Under the pieces are notes generated by a model, which saw only the letters and a program-made list of their open reading frames with translations, made no database searches and was not told where the DNA came from. A stretch of 55,548 nt of DNA, counting the filler, from Platydemus manokwari (lineage: Eukaryota), in the NCBI GenBank assembly GCA_037951405.1. It is 4 parts of 4 records of this genome, joined end to end, with 100 filler letters (N's around TTAATTAATTAA, not from the genome) between each part and the next. Parts side by side here need not be neighbours in the genome. Positions count along the whole stretch, not along the records: positions 1 to 11,249 come from JBBMOY010816647.1; 3 more parts are not named here. One strand, given 5' to 3'. The translations under genes and the position numbers were made by a program. The first letter of the stretch is position 1, and each line of letters opens with the position of its first letter. Shown here one piece after another: positions 1 to 11,349 of this stretch.

Positions 1-702
1 ATGGAAACCCTGCATGTTTTATCTGTATGAGTTTAAATTAATAGTTTTTCACATCAAGAAACTCGTAATAGAGTAAGCGAAATTATACCATTGCTTTGAA
101 TGCCTATTGTTGTAACACCTCAACTTACAACAAATGTAGTCACACATTTAAACTACAAATCAATATTAATGTTATTGTAATTAGAGATAAATATGAACAA
201 GTGAACTGACACATACAATACAATATAGGCATTTATAACGAATGAATAACCAAATATTTTATCATTCTTTTATCAAGCCAATGAAAAGTCTGCATTTAGT
301 CATTAATAATTTCTTTAAGATTATGCATGCATTAAGAATCCTTATCGATTTATGAAAAACTGAATATTTGAGAAAGAAAGTAGTTTGATTAATCATATGG
401 AAATATGTTGTATAGATAGTAACAATATAACAAGAGTAGTAATGGCAAGTAAACAAAATAATATTTTAAAATTTAAAAACTTGAACTATCAAATACCAAT
501 TTCTTTAAAAAATTTGGAAATGGAGAGTGGCCATTATTTCGGTGATTCTGAAAATAAAGTGAAATTTGAAGCTTTAAGTGTTTATATAGTAAATAACAAT
601 GGTTATGAAAATGAAAATTTGATTTTTTAAAAATCCGTTCACTCGGCCAGGATATGACTCCAAAGACAAATCTTTACTGCTCCTATTATTAACTCTACAT
701 AA

Positions 703-746
703 AATAACAAATTTCAAATAACAAATTTCAAAAATAACAAATTTCA
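703..746. repeat. Short tandem repeat AATAACAAATTTCA x3
   Basis: Read directly from the sequence. Confidence 0.85.
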
Positions 747-1348
747 GACATTTTTAAAATTTTAAAAATCATAAAGTAATTTTCCTAATAAAAAACACCT
801 CATAGGTAAATGTATTATCTGGAAGCTATTATTTCCCTTTTATTTCAAATGGATTAATAAATATAGAAAATAAGGATAACAAATGTTTTTTTATATTCAA
901 TACTAACGCACATACATCCAATTGATGTAAGGTGTCACCCAAATAGACCGGAAAAATATTTAAAATATAATGATAACATATAGAAGGAATATCATTTCCG
1001 ATATATTATTATCGATAGCGTGTTAAATAAATCAACTCCACACCGCAATATAAAGCAAATGTGGGTAAAATTCTAACACCCGAAAAAGATGGTATAATAG
1101 TTATTAATATAGTTAAAATTCCTCCAGATGTAAAAAGAAAATTCTATAGATCACTATCAAATTTTGTCTATTTATTTTTATTGTAATGATTTAATAATGA
1201 TTTAATGGCATAATAAGTTTATTAATATTTACTTTTAATATATCATTTCCTTAACCCAGATATGATGGACTCATATTCTGAGAGTCTGGTGGAGCCCTTG
1301 GTTTACTAAAAATATCAAAAGAGGATAAAAGGTTTTTGATCCTTCATT

Positions 1349-1900
1349 TTATTTAATTAAATATGAAATTTTATAATATACCATATCGGGATAATTTTCT
1401 GAAAATATATTCATGATTTCAAATTTTTCATTAGATAAAGGACCATCAATCATTATAAATTCCCAGAGATTACTCTTTGATGGTGTATCAGCAAATATAT
1501 TACCAATAAATAAATTAATTTTAAATGGTTTATCTAATTCTTTAAGTAATTTATCATTTAAGTAAATAGAAGGCTTTCCATTTTAGATTTTTTATTAAAT
1601 TCATCAATTAATAATCTGGTATTTGTAGTCATTAAATTCCACTTATTTCTCAAATAAGGAAAAGAACATTTATCAACGCAAACATACTCCGTTCTATGAT
1701 TATTATCCTTGAATACAATCCCATCTTTTGTTCCAATACAACCTCTTTTTCCACTAACATATTGAACAAGAAATATATAACTAAATCCATCATATGTAAC
1801 CCTTGTCGTCTTTTAGGAAATTTAGATTCATAATTATAAAACCATCAACACCAATATTATTTTTTGCTATTATAATACTCATGGAAAGTAAACCGCAAGA
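1349..1900 (-). pseudogene. Decayed viral fibre/head-like gene, second copy (homologous to ~18900-19400)
   Basis: Clear nucleotide similarity: 1442-1568 matches 18942-19068 and 1623-1785 matches 19121-19283. Translation: FLVQYVSGKRGCIGTKDGIVFKDNNHRTEYVCVDKCSFPYLRNKW...IYLNDKLLKELDKPFKINLFIGN...SNLWEFIMIDGPL, with frameshifts. Confidence 0.7.
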
Positions 1901-3564
1901 ATTTAGAAAAAGCGTCTAGTTTAGGAATTATCGTAAGATATTTTTCATAATTTTTCGAGGCAATCAGCAAAAAACAGTTTTTTGTTTTTATAACAATTAA
2001 TACTATTTCCCTTCATTTAACATACAAATTTTATGTGTCTCCGCCTCCTCATCCAAAACATAGACATTAGTTGGTTTTCTTAGATCAGAGATAGCTTTCG
2101 TCAATGTTTTGATATTATTGGTATTTTGGAATTACTTCTCTATCTACTCTGTTGTTGGCATACTATCGTAATATGTCTATCTTCATCCTAAATATAACTT
2201 CTGCTGGACTAACATCAATCGTGTTTTCTGCTATACCATTCAATGTATATTCGATTCCTGGTAATATTAAAACCCAGTTTGTGTGTTGCTTATCCATCAC
2301 CTTCGCATCTATATAGTCTCTTATCGTTCTAATCTGTAGCTCAATCAATCCATTTATACTATCGTGATATGGACTGGAAAATAATAAATCTATTCCCATT
2401 CTAAAAGCCATTGCTGTGATTCTCTGTGATTCAAAACATTTACCACAATCTACATATATTTCTTTTGGTGCTAGTTGGGCTAGTTAGCCATTTCAATTTT
2501 TTGGACACCTCACATTTATCTTTTCCAAATCTTTCATGTCGAAATTATTTCTTATATATCGTGTTACTTTCTCAGTTTCTGCATGACACAACAACTTGTG
2601 AATTTATTCAATCATTTATTTTCTTTTAATTGCTGGTATCCAAATTTTGTGCTCTTTTGTTTTCACAATGTCATCCTCGAGTATGTAATGACCATTTCGA
2701 GTTTTTCTATACCTTTTTTAGTCATTGTTATTTCTTCCTTAATTCTTGCCATTCTTTTCCTCTATTTTCTGTCATTATAGTCAATATTCTGGTTTTCATT
2801 TTTCCTTTGCTTGGATTATCATGTTTTGTTAAACATTGTAAACAGGTTTCACATGTGTTTTTTGAGAGCATATCGGCATTTTCGTGATTAATACCCTTTC
2901 TAAATATCATGTTTATGTCCAAGCTACTTAAATGATTCAACCATATCTGAAATTGTGGTGCTGTCGGATTTTTCGTTTTTAACATGAATGTGATTGCTTT
3001 GTGATCCGTTCTAAATGTAAATCTTTTATCATACAGGTAATAGTTGAAATGTTGACAGAAATAATATATCGCCAATAATTCTTTCTTAGTGATGCAATAT
3101 CCTTTCTCATGCTTATTCATTGCAAGAGATCCGTATGCAATTACATGTTCATTTCCTTGTTCATCTTTCTGTGATAGAACTGCTCCTATTGTGTCAAAGC
3201 TTGCATCGGTGTCTAGAATGAATTCTTTCTTAAAGTCAGGAAATTTAAAAACTGGTGATTTTGTAAAAGCCTTTTTCATTTCTTGAAATGTCTTATCACA
3301 TGTTTCGTTCCATATTAATTTACTGTTATTCTTCCCACATTGTTCTTCTAAGGCTCTAGATTTTGTTGAGTAGTCTTGTATAGATAATAACCACGAATTC
3401 CTAATCATGCTCTGGTCTTACAAGGCAATTACAACCAAATTCCTCATTGATGTGGTTGTTTTACATATATCAAAATATCGATTACAGCTTTTAATAAATT
3501 GTTCGATATCGTCACCTCGACTGTACTTTTCAAGCACAACTCTACTCAAGATCGCATCCATGTG

Positions 3565-3575
3565 CGTGGTCGCCA
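3565..3575 (-). promoter_or_regulatory. Primer-binding site TGGCGACCACG (tRNA-Arg(UCG)-type)
   Basis: Complementary to a tRNA 3' end CGUGGUCG-CCA; directly abuts the LTR terminal CA. Confidence 0.65.
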
Positions 3576-3873
3576 TGTTAGTAGCCTCTACTTTACTTGC
3601 AATTGATGTTTCAACAAAAAAGTCATTATTACGATTTTCTTAAATTTTATTTAATTACAACACTTTATATAATTTTTTTAAAAAAATTAATTCCATTTCT
3701 AGAGAGTTTCAATATCAATCTTAATCAGGCATATATATAGCTCACAATTTATATGGCTTATCTGTTGATTTCTAGCATTTATTCGAAATGTATTACTTCA
3801 AATTAACATAAGGTAACTAGAAAGTATTTGTAATTCATTTGTTTCTATTTTTATTCAGATTGATACACTTACA
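3576..3873 (-). repeat. Putative 5' LTR (~300 bp)
   Basis: Bounded by TG...CA (minus strand TGTAAG...CTAACA), contains TATATA and AATAAA, and is followed immediately by a PBS. No matching 3' LTR was seen, so the far boundary is inferred. Confidence 0.6.
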
Positions 3874-4013
3874 CGGCTTCAAATAAGCTCAAAGGTATAT
3901 GTTTATGTGCGTGTCATACGATTTGTTTTAATTTTAAAATTAGTTCAATATTTTTAGAAGTAATAAAAAAAGGTTTCGATACTCAAAATATTGTTTCATT
4001 AAATGCAGCTTAC

Positions 4014-7000
4014 GTAACCAAAAACACGCCACTTTTCATTTAATAATTGACGAACGACTCCACCTTCCAACATATCCAAATGTTCATCCGAAGTTCCATT
4101 TATAATATACATCAATGAAGAACTCCAATCAGTATGTCCGTCAATTCCTATAGTATCCAGTTTAATTAAAGGATAAACGGAGCAAACCATAGCTCCATAC
4201 TTCCACAGCTCCTAAACCACCAGTTTAATATGATATTGCATTAATTTCCAATTAAATAACATTACTTGAGTGTTCAAGTCAATAATCTCCATGAAGATGT
4301 GTTTACGCCCGAGTTTTGCAGATAACGTTATTGGAGTTAATCCGTAATTATTTATAATATTTGGATCAGCAGGCTTTTTATAATGTTTCAATGCAAACCG
4401 GTATATCGACTTAAAATTAATCGAAATGTTTATATCTGTGAATTATAAATTCTTTACCGTTCTGTTGTGAATGACCACCATATGAAGCACCGTGTTCCCA
4501 TTGCAATCTTGATCATTTGGTTCTGTTCCATTTTCTAGAAGAAAATCGTAAATGTCTTGATTGCCTGTACAAGCAGCAAAACTCAAGGGATATTCTCCGA
4601 AATAGTTTAAATCTCCATCAACAGTGTCATTTACCAAATTTTGGTTTCCTGAAGTTTAAATTTCTAACAATGAGAAACTTAATTATAAAAGATATTTCCT
4701 ATAAATTAAGCTAAAGTCTGCAGAAGTTAAAGTCAATAAAAAGTTGCATATATTTAATTGGATTGTGTAAACATAACTGTCAACATCCTTAAATGCATAC
4801 AGTGAATGATATTCAATGCTAATTCAGTTGTCAGGTAAAACAGGAAATTGACTCTATTCAGCGCATGGCCAACACTATTGTAAAAAAATATAAAAAGAAT
4901 TTTTAAGAAAACACTCATTCATAGTCATGATTTGACTATTCGGTTAATAAATAAATAAGCTTTTATATTCACTGAAAATATCATATATGTAATATTTTGA
5001 TGAGTTTAATAAATAATATGCTATAAAATAATAATAATAAAAAATAAAAATTTAATTTAATTCAATGGATTATCAAAATATTTTTAATACTTATAGCGAT
5101 ATAAAGCTCTATGTAGAAAGTGTGATATATTTTAAAATGATTATATGGTCATTCTTATCATTAAAAATTATGGTAGTTGACTAAAAATATAGATCATAAA
5201 TGAATATGCAAAAATTGATTTACCTCATATAATATGTAGGAACGATTTAAATTTTTATTAAGAATTTATCTGTTATTCCGAAATTGAAAGCACGTATTTT
5301 TAGAAATTGAAATTAAAAATTCATTGACAAAAGTTTGTTCAAAAAATTTGTTAAAATAAAAGTTGTGTAAAATTTTGAATTTAATTTGAGAAATTCTCAC
5401 AGATAGTGTGATATCGTTTTAGAATAAATGATATATTTAAGATCAAATAATGTTTCTGTTATTAAATTTTAAATAATTCGAGTAATGTTTAACAGGTTTA
5501 TAATAATTTTGAAGACATCTAAGTTATTGCATTAATCATCTTTAACAGGTCGTGATAAGTCGATTCATTCTATATGCATATATTGACAAACTCCATATGA
5601 GATTTTGATCGAATCTTCAATAAATTTAATTAAAATTTAATCGTTCAAGAGTTGGATTAAGTAATTATTTTATGGATCGCTATTGGTTCATTTATCAAAT
5701 AAATATAAAATTGTTCATTTTGAATGCGTTACCTGATGTTAAGTTTAAAGTATTTTTCAACCATTGAAGAGGCGAGAAACTATTTGTTGATTGAATGAAT
5801 TGCGATTGGAAAAAATGACCAAGTGCTCTCTGGTTTACATCTACTCCACTGTACACTAAAAGTTTTACTATTTCAAGATCACGTTGAATTATATATTGAT
5901 GAAGAGCTGTCTGACCTGAACGATAATAGATATTTGGTTTTCAAATTATTTAAATAAATTATCAGACCAAAGAATTTGTCACCAATGAACCAATCTCTAG
6001 CAATATTTGGAAATAATTTCAAAAGCATTTTAGCGATTATTCGATGAGGGGAAGTGATTTGCATTCCACAGAGATGTAACAATGTTTCTCCATTTACACC
6101 GCGTTTTGCGTGATTCCAGCAAATATATATTTTTTCATTAAAGACCTCATCAAAGTATGGTAAAATAGAGCAGTAGGAATCTTCAAAGTACTGCTTTTTA
6201 GGTTTTTTATTTACAACTTTAGTTTTTATTACATTTTTATTTTTCTTATTAAAGTTCTAAAAATTACATTTAGATGCAAAATTTAACATTTAAACTTACA
6301 TTTATGTCCATGTATTCTTTACAAGTAATAGAATATCTTGCCATTGTCATTTGTTTAACCTCTTGTCTGGATATCATCATTCCTTCCCCATTATTCAGTA
6401 AATATTTTGGAATTTCAATTTTTAAAAATTCCTCTAATGCTCTTTCACCTTGCTCACTATAAATATCTAGTAACTTTCCTTTACCATTTGATTGCATGAG
6501 ATTATAAAGTTCTGTTCCTCTAACGTTTTCATTTCGTCGAAGCCAAATTAAATCATCACCTTCAACAGAATTTTGTGCAAATGGTTCTGAATCTATAAAT
6601 GAAGTAATTGATGAGAGTCGTTTTCCTTTGTTTATCATAAACTTGCTTAACTTGAAACTGTTTTTTAAATTCACTGATGAATCATTTATTCCACAATCAA
6701 TATTACGTCTTTGAGGAATACTAGGAAGCATTGGAGAATGCATATTTACGGGAGGTTTTGAAATCATTTTGTATATGAAACTTGGTAATAAGCTAACTAA
6801 GTTAACTTTTAGTGAAAATTTTCTTGAGATATTAGTCAACCACAAATTATTGAATAAAGTAGATTTATGATTTTGACTACAATCTTCACTTTTTGTTGCC
6901 TGATTGCATACAATATTTTCAAACGAAAAACAAGTAAAGTTAAATGACAAAAAAATTTCGAATTTTGTATTTTTAAAAAGTTCAGAATTAATAGTTTCGA

Positions 7001-7112
7001 AAAATTCAATTGTTGAATTTGAAGATTGAAACGAATTATTTGTACTCTTTCTATTAGACGATTTATTCGTTGTTTTAACGATTTTATCAGAATTGGCTAA
7101 TTTAATGGACAT
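4014..7112 (-). CDS. TRPV: TRPV channel, OSM-9/Inactive-like; N-terminal and ankyrin part only (TM region not in window)
   Basis: Exons 7112-6300, 6256-5968, 5915-5733, 4648-4458, 4409-4266 and 4211-4014 have GT-AG borders and join in frame (1818 nt). Motifs: RGVNGETLLHLC, GQTALH, YFGEYPLSFAAC, GNTVLHMVV, GLTPITLSAKLG, ELWKYGAMVCSVYPL..LDTI, HLDMLEGGVVRQLLNEKW. The true start codon within the first long exon is uncertain. Confidence 0.92.
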
Positions 7113-7591
7113 GACTCGAGTATGTGAAGCTCAAAATACATTAAACACTGTTTCCTCAACGACATTTGAATTTTAAGAATGTGAGCTATAATTGGTCGCA
7201 TTTCTCAGTTAAAGGTATTTTTTTTAAATAAACAAATTTCTTTTATTTTAATTTTATTTCTTTAATATAATTTAGTTTTAAATTTGGAATATTTATATTA
7301 TTGATACATAACTCATTCTAATATTAACGATGATTGTAGGATCTATTTTATCTAACAATAACGTACTTTAATATTTCGAAATAGCTGTGCTTTATTAGTT
7401 TAAAGTGCTACATTGAAATCTTGGAAAAATATATTTTATCAATTATAAATAGAAAAATAATGTAAAACAAAATTTTGTTTTTTTGAACTAATTTGTTAAT
7501 CTAATATTTGTAATTTTTAAATAAATAATTATGGATGAACATGTAATAGTTAATTAATTAAATTTAATATCTTTAACTTATTTTAAAGTCT

Positions 7592-9547
7592 ATGCCATGT
7601 TGGTATTTTGAAAAAGAAGAATTACGAAATACTCCATCATTAACAGATGGAATTGATCCACGAACTGAAGATAAATATCGAAATGAAGGAGCTACATTTA
7701 TAAGTGAGCTCGGGAACAAACTTGGACTAAAATATGATACTTGTGCTACGGCTATGGTTTACTTTCATCGATTTTACATGTTTCATTCATTTAAAACAAT
7801 GCCGAGATTTGTAAGTGTAACTAAGTTTTAATTTGTTATTTTAAGCAATTTTAGTTAACTGCATCTTGCTGCTTATTTTTAGCGGGTAAAGTTGAGGAAA
7901 CACCTAAAAAATGCCGAGATATAGTGACTATGACCAAGTCAATATTAGATAAAAAACATTTCAATGAATTTGGTAGTGATCCTAAAGTAATTTAAAATAT
8001 ATTTAAATTTTGAAAAATTTGCTTTAGGAAGAAATAATGACAATGGAACGAATTTTGTTAAAAACTATTAAATTTGATTTGCAAGTATCTCATCCTTACA
8101 AATATTTACTTAACTATGTTCAAAAGATAAAAGGTAGATATTTTAATGATCAGATCTTCTATTACGTTTATAGGTAAGCAAACCAATGTTGAAAGACTTG
8201 TTCAAATGTCTTGGACATTTATAAACGATAGTTTGCGGACAAATCTTTGCTTGAAATGGGAACCAGAGATTGTTGCATGCGCAGTACTATACTTGGCCAC
8301 AAAATTAAATAAACAAGAAATAGAAAGTTGGGAAAATCAACAGGCAGGTCAAAAGTGGTGGGAGAGTTTCGTTGAAGGAATGACCATTGAAGTTGATATA
8401 TTTTTTAAATAAATGTATATCAATTTATCTAATAAAGGTTATGGAGGATATTTGTCATCAAATATTGGACTTGTATTCAGATCCTAAGACTGGAAAATCG
8501 TATTCTGATTCTTCAAACCAAGGAAATTCAAGCAATACACCTCCGAATCTATCGTCAAGTGTCACTTCAACACCTGCTAAAAGACCACGGTCAGATCATC
8601 ATGGAGTTTCTTCTGAACGACCAAAATCCTCTAAATTACATCACGTTTCTGATATTCAATCCATAACTACTATAAGTTCAAATTCGTCAAAACAGAATCA
8701 ATCAAATTTACCAGGTGACTACTTTTTAGAGTCTAAAAATAAATAGTTTGAATTTAATTGAAATGAAATGTTAATTTTGTTTGTAATAAATCTCATCTTA
8801 ATTTTTCCTTGTATTTGATTAGAATGTTTTTAGCGTTAAACTACGAATTTTTGGGCGTATTTTAACACGGGAAATGTTTAAATATTTAATTTTAGCTTGG
8901 TTTATCTGTTATTATTTCAGTTAATAGAGCCCATTGTTTGTATAAGTTTAAGCTGTTAATAGAATATTAGAACGAAATCACCATGGTAACCATCTTAAAA
9001 ATATCGTTTGGGACAATTTCTGATGTAAAAATTCTAATTGAAAGAATAATTCAATTAAAAAACTGAAAATAATCTTTAAATATTTCGCCAATTACCGCTG
9101 AAAGCTCAACAAGATAAGATTAAAATGATTATTTTTCTCTTTTAACCAATTTCAAAGGGCTTCTCTCATTGTCGCGTTGAGTGAGCCATCAAACTTGTAT
9201 GGTTTTTAACATGAATATTAAAATGAATGATAAATATCTCAATCAAAATAAAATATACAAATGATATTAATATTATATTTATATAATCATTAGGAACAAA
9301 TCAATTGAGTTCTGGATCTCAAATTCCAATTGTCGTTGGCAATACAACATATTCGCATTCTGAGCTTGGTAATGTCAATTATCATTCTCAAGTAATCCAA
9401 TGAAAATAGTCTTGTTGTATCAATATTATTATTATATTACATTGTAAATAGATTAAAGAAAATTCTGGCAGATGGTATACAGCAGGATCTTTCTCTAATA
9501 TTCATGGTGATAATGGTGTGCTTAATCAAACTTATCAGACTCACTAG
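7592..9547 (+). CDS. CCNK: Cyclin K
   Basis: Exons 7592-7810, 7855-7986, 8028-8133, 8174-8391, 8438-8714, 9294-9391 and 9452-9547 total 1146 nt (381 aa). Motifs: [83 protein letters not shown]. The last two exons are less certain. A possible upstream micro-exon lies at 7531-7542. Confidence 0.93.
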
Positions 9548-10739
9548 AGAGAGGAATTTTGTTGCACAGTTTCATTATAATTAAATATTTTTCTTGTTTT
9601 GCTTTTGTTTGCTTTTTGAAATGATATTGTTTAATCAGAATGAAAACCAATAAACAACATTTAATAATTGTTGTCTTGTCGAACAGATAAAATATTGGAA
9701 TTGTTTGACTGATACAACATTTAGTAAATTGATCATTTGAAACAAAAGATTTGTGTATGAATATTTTATGATGTACATATATACCTTTACCAAGATGAAT
9801 TCGCAATATAATAAGGATTATATAATTGATATTCAATATAATCATTATATTAAATTGAAATCAATCAATATTTATAACTGAAAGAAAAATCTTTATCAGG
9901 CGTTTGCGTAATTATTTTTTCTGTTAAAAATCATTATTTATATTTTTTTGGTATTTGGTGATCTAAAAAAATAATTCCAATGGATTTTTAGCTTCAATAG
10001 GTATAATTAGATTTATATTTCTAATCGGATTTAAAGGTAAATGATAAGTTTGATTTTTGTTTGAAATATATCAATGTCCTAGTTTGTCGATTCTAAGCAA
10101 ATTTATACTCTATCTACATCACGGTATAGCAATATGGAGCACTTTTGTAATTGTAGGCTTTAAAGTGTTTTCGTATTAGTTGTTACTTGCGCTTGTTCAG
10201 TGATTTGATTTTGTTGAAATAGATTAAATAAGACTAAAGTAATTTGTGGCTTGCTGGATATTTCGAACTGAGATCGAAGTTTCATTTCAGATCTTCGGAG
10301 TGCCATCAGATTGGTTTTGTTCTCCAATAGAGTATTAAGTGGCCTTCTGGACTCGCACGTTTTGTTATCAATCAATATGTTATCCGTAAGAGAGAAAGAA
10401 GGAAACAGCAAAATAAATTTAGCTATGTAAATGGTTTTCCTGAATATTTTGGTTGATTTTTGATATATATATATATATATTTTGAACTGTCGATCATACT
10501 TACAATTTAGTGCATGTTGATTGGCTTCTCTGTAGCCCAACTTTGTATATATTTTCATGAAGTTATACTGAATATTTTAATGAAATTTCTGGAAGTTCTA
10601 CGGTTAATATAAATAAAATACAATATGAATTAATCTGAAACAATATTGTAAAACCAGTTTATAATAATACAACTTAAAAAACAGTTTAAAATTTTCCACT
10701 ATGATAAAAATATCCATAAAATAATAATAACAAATAACC

Positions 10740-11249
10740 TGTTATATATTACCACACGTTATCTCGCGCAGTACGTAAAAGTAATCAAGCAGAATAAAAT
10801 AAAATTGCAAAGCATTGAATTCAATTTTATATTTATCTTTGCAATAATAAAATATAATATTTATTGTCTTTGGAGTCTACTTTTCAGTTCCAAAAAAGGC
10901 TGGCAGGAATCCATATAACTCAATCTCTTTTATACCTCTATCGAGTGTGTCTGTTTTATGTCACGGATCTTCGTTTCGTATTCTATAAATTTGTTCGTGG
11001 ATAGATTTTCTTGAGTTTTTCCATACATCTCTCGTGCCATTGGCAGATATTTGAGCTTGCTGCCTGTCAATTCTTAGCATCTAACTATGGATTAACATTA
11101 GAACGAATCTGATTAGTTAAAGGCACATGTGTGTTTATCGGATTTGTGTGTATTGATCCTTTTTAGGGTTATTTTTTTGGTTCTTGTGATCCTTTCTGAT
11201 TGATTTGTGACCTACCCAACAAATCAACAGAGCCCCACGACAAAGAATT
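10740..11249 (-). repeat. LTR-like dispersed repeat (possible solo LTR), cut by a gap
   Basis: The minus strand has GGTATAAAAG (10927-10936), then AATAAA (10860-10865), and ends ...ATATAACA at 10740. Positions 10911-11219 are homologous to 49599-49920. Confidence 0.6.
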
Positions 11250-11349
11250 NNNNNNNNNNNNNNNNNNNNNNNNNNNNNNNNNNNNNNNNNNNNTTAATTA
11301 ATTAANNNNNNNNNNNNNNNNNNNNNNNNNNNNNNNNNNNNNNNNNNNN
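11250..11349. other. Artificial scaffold linker N44-TTAATTAATTAA-N44
   Basis: Identical 100-bp structure occurs three times; the 12-mer gives a stop in all six frames. Confidence 0.97.

Larger units (their letters stand above)
1985..3873 (-). mobile_element. Internally deleted Ty3/gypsy LTR retrotransposon (5' LTR, PBS, gag stub, RT C-terminus/RNase H, decayed integrase)
   Basis: ORF 2728-3408 carries the RNase H motifs FILDTDAS..IGAVLSQ, ELLAI and FTFRTDHKAI. An integrase zinc-finger remnant (HKLLCH) lies at ~2580-2600 and the integrase core (SSPYH..NGLIE) at 2163-2411. A gag-like stub (LEKYSRGDDIEQFIKSCNRYF) lies at ~3420-3575. Confidence 0.9.

Noticed and set aside
2426-3643. Several + strand ORFs
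   Set aside because: They are antisense to the gypsy gag/pol relic.
9522-9845. 107-aa ORF on -
   Set aside because: It overlaps the cyclin K end and 3' UTR, has AT-driven composition and shows no motif.
11294-11305. Palindromic TTAATTAATTAA recurring three times, as a biological motif
   Set aside because: It is always centred in exactly 44+44 Ns, so it is an assembly linker with stops in all six frames.
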